A stretch of 64,000 nt of DNA. It comes from Lingula anatina. Lineage: Eukaryota; Animalia; Brachiopoda. Made by a program: the position numbers and the translations under genes. The notes below the pieces were generated by a model. That model was not told the DNA's origin and ran no database searches. It was given only the letters and a program-made list of their open reading frames with translations. The DNA is taken from assembly GCA_051362555.1 (NCBI GenBank), contig CM120649.1, positions 13,516,001-13,580,000 on the forward strand, read 5' to 3'. Shown here in pieces: positions 23,616 to 34,500 of the stretch (positions are counted from its first letter, which is position 1; each line of letters starts with the position of its first letter).

Positions 23616-26600
23616 GTTATGGCCGTCTAAATGGAGGCAATATGGCGTTGACCTTAACTAAAAACTCCGAATTTGGATCATCTGTTTGAAACCTAGTAAA
23701 CCTTCCACTTTGGTCCAATTATCCAGAATCTGAATTACTGAAGGATGAGCATCAAGTAAAACCCATCCAAATTCGAACACCGCTGCCATTTCGTATTATT
23801 GAAAGAGCACCTAAAAACGTGTCTGTGCATTTTATGGTAAGTGAAGTGGAAATTCAGCAAACAGCGACTGTTCATCAATTACCAGGAGTCAACAACTGCG
23901 CTAACGTGGGAATAATTTAACCGCCTTTAGCCTTAGAGTGCAGTTGATGAAATCCTCTATATACGTCTTTTTTTCTTTTTGTGTCACGCCAAAGAGAATG
24001 TAAAATCCTTTAAACAAATAATGTTTGTCATTTTCCTCATTTTGCCGCACAAGCCAACGACGAAATACATTCCTGTTGAAGTTGGTTTGGTGTAAAGCGT
24101 GAAAAATGCAGTTTGATGATCCCTGACTGAAATTTGTCGATAAATGTATTTTCCGCAATGTGTTGAAATAACCATAAGCCAAGTTTTAGATTAAACGTGC
24201 TTATATCTTCTCCCAGACTAGATAAGCTGCTGTTATCGAGTTATCAGTGCCAGTTACCTTCGGTGATTCGAATGCCTTTTCCTTGTCACGGAGCACTGTG
24301 TAAAAAAAAGACCGCATTCAGATTCACACATCATACCAGCTTGGTCGGTCCAACCTTGCGGGGATTCGCTCTAAAGTGCAATCAATGGAATTGGCTTAAT
24401 AATCTGGCACACCTTCTCCAGCAGCGAGGGTTTATTTACTATCGTGTGCTTATTAAGCTGATTTAAATGATTGCACTTGAACGAAGACCACGCAGAGTTG
24501 GCTCGACCCAGCTAGTAGGATATGTGCATCTGAATACGCTCTAAAGGATACTGTGAAATCTTTTCAAACCATCCTTCACCTTGTTTCATAACAGACAAAC
24601 GCAGTGTATTATGCATACTTGATCCAATGGTGTGTTTACATTACAAGGCTGCTATCTCTTTTTAATGTGCTCAGCTTCTGGTGTAGAATTGAGTCTATTG
24701 AAACCCTTCAAGATGTCGATAAAAAATGATATGATCACTTACTCAAATGCTGCCGTAATCGATTAACGTAAAAGACTCAGGGCTGTTTCATTTAAAGCTA
24801 AAATTTTCTCATGATCTTTGGACAGACAAAATCAACACTGCTGCACAATTTCTATTTGCTCTTCTGCTTTCGCACCAGTAGCTGACAAAAGCACGAAAAC
24901 GTTTTTTGTAGTAACTTGATGCCTTTTGGTAACGGTAGCAAATAAGAATTAATTATTGATGTGCAAATGAACTCAGCTCTTGCATCAGTCGTTGCCTTCG
25001 TTGGTTCCATTTCCAGTCCAACTGGGACGGCGTTACAGTGCATAGTACTTTACCATCCAAGCACTTGGCTTGATCTGATTTTTGACCACGCGGAGTCAAT
25101 CAATCTAAGGGCGTGCAGAATATGTTATTTACCATGGAGGTGGGGTGGGACGGGGGAGGGGGGGGGGGTAAGGGAGTGATATGCTTCCATAAGTCAGAAA
25201 TAATTCAACAAAATTTTATTCTTTTATTGATTAGAATCGAGCAGTTTGTGTGTCAGTCACATTCAATGTAAATTTCTATTTTTAAATTAAAAACATACTG
25301 GTTGATTTGAAGCACATGATACTTGAATGAAAGGGACTAGGACTGTACTTGTTTAGAGACAATATTTCACGCAGCAGATACAGGGAAGAAGACAAAGGTT
25401 TAAACTGATATATTAATAATCTTTTAAGCGTAATATTTCACGTGTTCTCCATAATGTTCATAGTAACACTTTCCAGATTGTCATCATTTTCCTGTCTTTA
25501 ACAATTTCCCCTGCTTTTCTCGTGAGAAGAGAAATCAATGTCTAGACAACATTTCTTAATTTCTTGTTTTCAAGTTTACAATTTGTCAGCCATTTAGACC
25601 TTGTGATTTGATAACAGAAAAGAATAAAGCTGAAATTGCATAAGACTTAAACTGAAATGAAAAAAAATGTCATCGTCGTTAAATGACTCTTCTAATCACT
25701 CACGGGCCAAAACAGCTATGTAGACTTACTGTATCTTGTATTTAAACACAGGAAGGCGCATTTGAGTTTTTAACTAAATGGAAATTATGAGGTTTAAGAT
25801 CGATGATCTGCTTTATTTCCCGCTCTACTCTAAAGCGGATTTCCCAAGTCTGACTTTAAAATCGATAGCGGAGAGTGATCCTTTGCCGCAACGCAATTCA
25901 CATCAGCGTGTGAAAGAAAACGAGTAAAACACAATACGGTCCATATCGATCCAACTGAAGAGTGTTATTTATATTAAAACAAATCTTGCATACTTAGAGT
26001 CGAGTGCATTTCTAATATTCCAGTGTATTTGCGTATACATCGAAACAAAAGTTTTTGCGAAGCACGGTTTATTTTTACTAAATAAGAAATGCGCTATGGG
26101 ATGTTTTTCAATCGAACAATCTTAATTTGTTCATTTTTGTAACAGAAAGGCATTATTATAAGAGTGGGTAACATTAGACATGCTTGAACACGACCAAAAT
26201 ATCAATTTTCCTCCTTTTCATCCAGTTGGGAGAAGGTTTGTGAACATTACATTGTTTCCATTCAGAAGGGATGTTTTTCTATGTTTAAGGAAAAATCAAT
26301 TGACTTTTGAACAATTTGTGTAACAGCCTTCCGAGGCTGGCAGATTTTTTGATCATTTATTCCTTGCAAAAAGGCTCGCTGGATACAGTAGAGAAAGATG
26401 TAAATGATTAGTCATATGTCATATATAATTTGCTTGGATTTGGCTTGTCTTGAAGAGAAGTGTACAAACGCACTATCGGGTGACAAGTTGTTCTCTTTTC
26501 CACTGGTAACTTTGAGGGGTGAAATAAAAAGCACTAATGGAATTTTATTCTAAAAGGCTGTCAGCGGCAGTGCATGGTAAGAACCTTGCTATTTTTTAGG

Positions 26601-27070
26601 ATGTAAAAGTATCAATTGAATTTTCTGACTTTTTTACTAGAAAATTGCGACCTAAAAGCTACTGCAATGTGCAGTAACAGAGGTTGAAACTCCTTGCCTA
26701 GTACTGTGAAAAGTCCCCTGCATAACCCTAAAATATTAGGAAGTGAAACCTCATCAGGCTCATGAAACTTGGTAATTGAATTTTGTGTGCTTTTGATGTA
26801 GTTTCCATTCTTCTGAAAGTTGTTTTATATGATTCTCCTCACATATGACAACAATATACATTTATTTTAAAAAAAAAACAAAGAAACTATTTCACCTACA
26901 GTAGTAAATTCTTTGTAATTATTTGATTGAAGCTAAACATAAAAGATCTTTATTTCTTAACATGCAACATATGGCATAAGCCTTCCAATAAATGTTAAAA
27001 TGCTTATATACTTTTCATTCCTTTAGTGATGAAAGCAAAGTACAAAAACTGAAGTGCTATGGAGGGAGAG

Positions 27071-27252
27071 CAGGCCCGTAGCTGGGGCGGGGGGGGGGGG
27101 GGGGGTTCGGGGGGTTCGACAGAACCCCCCTTTTTGCTGGAAAAAGGTCCACTCTGGGTAAAATTTGACCTAGGTACATGGGGATTATATGTAAAAGGTC
27201 CACTTTTTCAGAACCCCCCCCCCCCCCTTTGAAATTGCTGGCTACGGGCCTG
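27071..27252. mobile_element. MITE with 12-bp TIRs (possibly PIF/Harbinger-like)
   Basis: CAGGCCCGTAGC...GCTACGGGCCTG, internal G/C runs and a duplicated AAAAGGTCCACT; a partial right end occurs at about 2121-2148. Confidence 0.65.
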
Positions 27253-28201
27253 GAGAGGGAGTGATTCCAAACAAGGGCCAGTACTGTGATACAAGATAAT
27301 TCTGATGGGTGCATCAGAGCAGAACAAGTGGAAGAACTCACACAGGAGATAGACCATGTAATTATCAGAAAAGCAACAAAAATTTAAGTGAAAGAAGAAA
27401 AATACTAATCCATAAAATAACTCACAGAGGTGAAAAAAGATTGAAAATGCTGGAACTGTGAAAAGAGATTTGTTTCCAATAATTGCAACTTGAGGTGTGA
27501 AATGACTCATTCGTAAAAAGTTTTGTTGAGCTGTGTATCAAGATCTATCGAATATCGCTGTGAACCAGGCAATAACTTTGAGTAGAGACAATATTGTAAG
27601 ACTTCAACTTAAATGAGACATGACAGATTTAAATAACAACCAAGCACTGATATTTTTCGTCAATGTCATTGACTTATCTTCTGACTGCATACATGTACAT
27701 TATGGCTGGTACAGGTATTGAGTTTTCCATCTTGCATCTGTAGATCAAATTATATTTCGTGAAATTTCACACAAGACACATTAAGTAGTATCAACAATTG
27801 TTTTTATTATTGAAACATTTTGAATTTCAATGCCATGCTTGCAATACTTCACAAAAGCAATACCTTATGTGAATAGCTGTTCGAGATATAGGGAACAAAC
27901 CTTGAAGTACCAATTTTATACAATATCTTATTATGAACTGTCTATTGTATAGTATCTCACTGTAAACTATTGATTTTATTAATTATTTATATATCAAACT
28001 GGTCAAAAGTCCCTCCTCCAGTTCCACGCATTTCTGCGTACAGTTGATCACCTCACAAATACATGTAGTGTTTATTATCCCAGATGCCATATCTGAAATG
28101 ACTCGAGATACAGAAAGTACAAAGTATCGATGAAGATATCCATGTTATACCATTTCTTCAAATTTAGAGCATGCATCCCCTTTTTGACCAATAGCATGCA
28201 A

Positions 28202-28232
<31 letters not shown>

Positions 28233-28513
28233 TAAATATAATATTATATATTCCATTACATATGCATAATTCTTTATCGTAATGACACGCACTTAATTTG
28301 TTATATGTATGTATATGTTATAAATGGTTTTTTAAAAAGTTATATATTCCTTATAATGTTGGATCTAAAAACTAACGTGTGGGAATCATAAAAAATATAA
28401 TTGTAATATAAAGATGTAAACTAGTTCTGAGCTTACAAGTGCGTAATAAAATAGGTCTGATTAAAAAAATGTGACAATTCGAGCGTTTTTGGGATCTAAA
28501 ATATGTATGTCAT

Positions 28514-31500
28514 CTAGACAATTTTTGCCTGGCTGTTTGTGGTCTTTCTCTCCCACCCTCGGCGTATTTTGGTCACTGGGATACTGATGCACGGCAGCAG
28601 ACACAAAATCCTGAGGAGGACAACCACAAAAGGGAACAGCAGGACATTCCAGGAATTGGTCTCGTAAAAGGCTGTTTCCTGCCAGTACTCACCCCCCATG
28701 CAAACAACATGCGCAATACTCGTTAAAAAACAGACGACACCAACGTAGGACTGTATGCACGTCCATTCCCGCCAGCTGAGGGTCTGTTGCACGGAGGGTA
28801 GGGTGGCAATCCCGACAACGGCCATAAGTATCAGCGCAATTGTGCCGGCCAAGAGCATCGTCTCACCTGAAGCAATGTGTGAGTCACAATTACATTAATA
28901 TCCCTAGGAAAATGAATTAAACTTTTGACACCCAATTACCCTACCCTCTACCAGGGTCTCAGTTATTTTTATGGACATTTTTTTTTTGCTGAATCGACAT
29001 CAGACCAAAATGACTGTCTATTTATCTAGAGACATATCTGTGAATATCTGTGAAAAATCGATCCGTCGCCCTGGTAGAGGGCACAATTACCCCTACAATT
29101 ACGTCCAAAAATGAGCTGTACCGACTCCTTTTGTTTAAGCACGGTCACGCCTGCGCAGGGATGAAGTAAAAAAAACTTTTGGCAACATCAGTTCATACAT
29201 GTATTCTACAACTGTATTTTCAAACTACATAGAATATTTTATCATTCAGTTAATATTCATTGAATATGACACGTCATAAATGAATTGTCCATCAGATAAA
29301 GTTTACCTTTCCAATTCATCTTCCCAGCGATGGGAATGGATGCTGTGACGAGGTCTGAGGCATTGGCGTGTCGCACAACGTCCACCATCTCCACTTCATA
29401 GTAATAGTCGCTGAGGTAGGCCAGGTCGTATTGGGGTAGGGCGAGTACGGTGTGGATCACTGAAAACGCCAGGGTTATAATACCCAGGTGCTTTCGAGCC
29501 TGGGAAAATATGAATTTAGTTGATATATATGCTCCGTAACATGGAAACAGAACATTAATTGTGAAGCAACGAAAGCTGATACACACACGCACTCTCTCTA
29601 ACTCTCTCTCTCTCTCTCTCTAACGCGCGCGCGCGTGCACACACTCACACGTCACTATCGTAACCGAATGTATGCACGCGCGCGCACGACACGTACATGA
29701 ATATATGAGAGTTCTCTCGGACACGCTATAAAGGCACATGCACTGTAAGTGTGTGATATTCATCAGATAAAGTTTACATTTATTATTATTGCTCCTCATG
29801 ATCTTCAGCCTTATCACTAGTTTTTATTATAATTATTTATTTTATATCTTCACGCTGTGCATGCATTACTCGTGTTCTGTATAAGTTTCGTGAAGTCATA
29901 GACATGGCCACGCTCGGCTGTCACCTTGATTGGATAGTAAACGATTGTCGTAAAATCGCTAAATGATATTAAAACCGGGTGCATAAACTTGAAAACCACC
30001 TACAACAACCTTGGACTACCACATTAATCCAATACAATGCAAACATAAACTATAACAAGTGGTTAAAGCCTTCAAACCGAATGTCGTAAAGTCCCCATAT
30101 ACCTCCATAGAGACAATAAAATAGAATGAGCTTGTGAAACAAGAAAAATCCAGTTCCAACATAATAATCGAAATAAAATACTGCCGGGCATCGGAGCGGC
30201 CTAAAACTTGGCACGCTTACCGCTAATACTGCAGGCTACATCATCCCGTCGCTCGTTTGTAAATTCCGTGCATGGCATACGCACAATCAAACCGTAAAAA
30301 ACAAATTCTCGGGGTGTCGTTGGCCAGGTCCACTCTAACCTACCATTACGAAAAAGAAGCCATGCCATTGGACAATGCGACCTCTGCGGTTACGTCATTT
30401 CCTGAATTGGATTGTTGAGTGGACCTAGCCAACGACACCCCGAGAATTTGTTTTTTACGGTTTGATTGTGCGTATGCCATGCACGGAATTTACAAACGAG
30501 CGACAGGATGATGTAGCCTGCAGTATTAGCGGTAAGCGTGCCAAGTTTTAGGCCGCTCCGATGCCCGGCAGTATTTTATTTCGATTATTATGTTGGAACT
30601 GGATTTTTCTTGTTTCACAAGCTCATTCTATTTTATTGTCTCTATGGAGGTATATGGGGACTTTACGACATTCGGTTTGAAGGCTTTAACCACTTGTTAT
30701 AGTTTATGTTTGCATTGTATTGGATTAATGTGGTAGTCCAAGGTTGTTGTAGGTGGTTTTCAAGTTTATGCACCCGGTTTTAATATCATTTAGCGATTTT
30801 ACGACAATCGTTTACTATCCAATCAAGGTGACAGCCGAGCGTGGACATGGCCTATGTCGTCATGTTTCTTTTCATTTTCTCAATGTACAATTACCTTCAT
30901 CCACACGTCAAACCAACGAGGGAACTCCTTGTGCTTCGTTCCGTTCACGAGTTGCAAGATGGCGGCGAGAGGGGCAGGAAGATACACACACGCCAGCAGC
31001 TGAAGGGCGGCAAACCCGAAGGCCAACATAAGCATCATAGAGGCGAGCTGGTTGTAGTTGTACTTCGGTGTCAAGGGCACCCAGTAGAATTTTAGCAACA
31101 GGCTCAGTGTGGATACAACCAACACAAAGAAGGAGAAAAGAAGGGGAAAACCCCATCCTGGGAACAGCTCCAGTGTCATCAGTTCCACCTGTTACGATAC
31201 ATGTTATTGTCTTTGGATAAGATATTTTGATAGATATTTTCCTTTTCGTATTAATATCCTTTCTAAGAACTAACCGCTTGTCTTATTTTTTTATGTCTAT
31301 GTAGGATTAGAAGCATAAAAACTTAAGTGATAGCGGGCTAAATTACAGGGTTTTTTTTAGTGTTCGTGATAATTTGGATTATTATCCCTACAGGTACATG
31401 TATGTACATGTGCGAGTAAAACCAATTCCACATCACCGTCTAGTGACGTAATAGGCTCCACATGAGAGATGCGCGCGCAGCTCAGCGTCATTGCGCCGTT

Positions 31501-34500
31501 TCTCAGCGAAGCGTACGCGGATTTACAAGCTGCATGAAATTAATATTTCTGCAGTCTTTTGAGTTTTTTGCTGACATACTGTTAATACAGTGATGTGTGT
31601 TTTAATACACACTGATACATATTTACCGCAATAAATGCACGAAATCGTGCTTACTACTGTTTTCATGTGTTGGGATTAGCGTTTCAGACTGTTACAAGCA
31701 CTGTTCTGTGGCTACATCTGCGCACATTGCTACTGCGCTTCAATTTATATGCGCACTAGTGTACTGCGCAATAAAAGTATATTAAGCGTGGTAAAAGTTT
31801 TATACAGTGACACCGACAAAAATGGCGGATAAAAATTCTGAAGGTAACAATCAGCCCGATAATTCGGGTTCAAAAACCAGTAAAGTTATCGTCAAAGAGA
31901 GTAGACCAAAACAAAAGACTGACAAGGAGATAAAAACACATGCGAAACGGGTTGTCAGTGCGTCTAAGGAGATTTCTAATGAGGAGGTGAAAGTGCCGAC
32001 ACCACGTGCTTCGGCTAGCACATCGAATGACACCTCCAATGGAGGGAATGTCGATCTTTTGGGTCAAATTCTCCAAAAAATGGAGCAAATGCAAAAACAA
32101 ATCAATGAAAACAGTAAACGTCCTTTAGAAGTCGACGAAGACGATTTGTTGGCTCTTAGCGATGAGGAGTCGCTTGATATGGATTTAGAAGTTGACAACC
32201 TACTGACTAATACTGAAATCCACAGTGAAACGGAAGGGAATATAATTCTTGAGAAGATTTCCCAAGAATTAATTGACGAAGAAGCAACATCTCCTAGTAT
32301 AATGCCAGAATTGGCGGAGATTCTCAACAGAATAACGTCAAAAAGAATTTCGGATGAGAAAATTAAGGAAAAGTTGGAAAAGTTTCCACCTCCAGCGAAC
32401 TTGGGTGGGCTGAAAGTGCCCAAAGTTAATACAGAGGTGTGGAATAAAATTCTACCTGCAACCAGAGGTAAAGATATTAGATTACAGAAAGCGCAGACCA
32501 GGGTGGTCAGAGCGCTCACACCTCTGGCCCAACTTGCGAATATGTTTCTGGAGGCTAAAAATAAAAAGGAGTCATTTGATATTCCAGCTGGTTTGTCTCT
32601 TGTATTAAATGCGTTTTCGTTTGTTGCCAATGGCAGCATTGAGATATCCCTTAGAAGGAGAGAACTGATAAAACCAGACTTGCACAGGGAGTACAGAGAC
32701 GTTTGTTCACCGGACACCCCCATTACCGAATGGTTATTTGGCGATGATTTTGCCGGGGTTGTGAAAGGTATCAATGAAACCAACAAGGTAGCAACAAAAG
32801 TGGGAAGCCGTAAAGATTACCATGGGCGTAATCGCCCAGCATATAGGCCAAGAGGTTTTCAAAAGTACACACCTTCAAAAAACGGCTACAGAAATTTCAA
32901 GAAATCAAGGCCAAATCACGCAGGCAAGCCCAAGCGGGATTAGAGAGAAAAAATGAAGCACCTAAAGAGGTCAGTATCAATTGGTCATCATATATTGATG
33001 CTTTAAAAGATAAATTGGCCACTGAGATAGCAAATTTTACTGCAGGTAATTTACAAAAGTGCAAAAAGTTTTGGCCAAATCTTACGTCAGATAAGTATAT
33101 ACTGAATACTGTTTCATATGGTATCAATATTGAAATAGACCAATCAACACAACAGTCAAGAATTCCTCAGACTTATGCTTTCAATAAAGTAGAATCTGAT
33201 ATAATTTGTACTGAAATTCATCAACTTTTAGAGAAGAAAGTGATACGAAAGGTCAAACATTGCGCAGGTGAATTTATTTCCAATATTTTCTTAAGAGAGA
33301 AAAAAGATGGAAAGTACAGATTGATTTTAAATCTGAGGAAACTTAATGCTTCTGTTGTATATCATCATTTTAAGATGACCAGTTTGCAGTCAGCCATTAA
33401 TCTTATGAAACCTCAGTGTTTTATGTCAACCATAGATTGGAAAGATGCTTATTATTGTTTGGCAGTTTGTGATGAACACAAGAAACTGTTAAGATTTGAA
33501 TTTGATGAGAACTTGTATGAATATCAGGTTTTACCAAATGGCTTGGCGAGTGGACCACGTGTTTTTACTAAAGTTACCAAACCAATTTTTTCCTATTTGA
33601 GGAAATTAGGTCACATGAATTGTCCATACATTGATGACAGTCTCTTAGTTGGAGAATCTTTGCAAGATTGCAGAGAGAATGTGATGCAAACAGTTAAAGT
33701 TTCTACTCAAGCAGGGTTTACTGTGCATCCAACTAAGTCTGTTTTAGAACCAACACAAAAGTTGGATTTTTTAGGCTTTACATTGGATTCTGTAAAAATG
33801 CGAGTGTCCTTAAACAAGAGACAAGCAGATAAAATATTTTCGGCATGTACCGATCTCTTACAGCAGGACTGTATAACTATTCTACAATTGGCAAAAGTAG
33901 TAGGATTATTGGTAGCATCTTTTCCTGGTGTAGAATATGGGCCTCTTTTTTATAGGTCACTGGATATGAGAAAAAATCAAGCTTTGAAAGCTAGTAAAGG
34001 AGACTTTCAAGCAAAATTGCAGATTGCCAATGATGATGCCTTGAAACTAGACTTGACTTGGTGGATACAAAATATTCATTCAAGTTTTAAGTTGATTTCA
34101 CATGGGAACCCTTCATTAGTTATTTATTCTGATGCATCAGAAAAAGGATGGGGGGGAGCATGCAGGGGCATCACATCAGGAGGAAACTGGTCAGCAGTTG
34201 AAAGTACTTTTCACATTAATCATCTTGAATTATTAGCTGCATGGTTTGCTCTAAAATGCTTTGCACGAGATGAAACAAATATTCACATTAAAATGTGTAT
34301 AGATAATACAACTGCTTTGTCATATATTGCTCGAATGGGAGGGAAAATACCCTCGCTAAATAACTTGGCCAGAAAAATTTGGTTATGGTGCAAGGGAAAA
34401 AATATATGGTTATCAGTTGCATATATTGAATCAGAAAATAATGTAGAAGCTGATAAAGTAAGTAGACTTGATCATGATAATCTTGAATGGAAGTTGCACC

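Noticed and set aside
23620-28400. Hidden gene or transposase remnant between the lectin-Sushi gene and STEAP
   Set aside because: Only short motif-free ORFs and scattered splice-like sites; nothing I can support without homology searches or RNA data.
32064-32786. 240-aa antisense ORF within DIRS gag, and the 166-aa ORF at 17468-17968
   Set aside because: Shadow frames opposite real coding sequence, with biased composition and no motifs.
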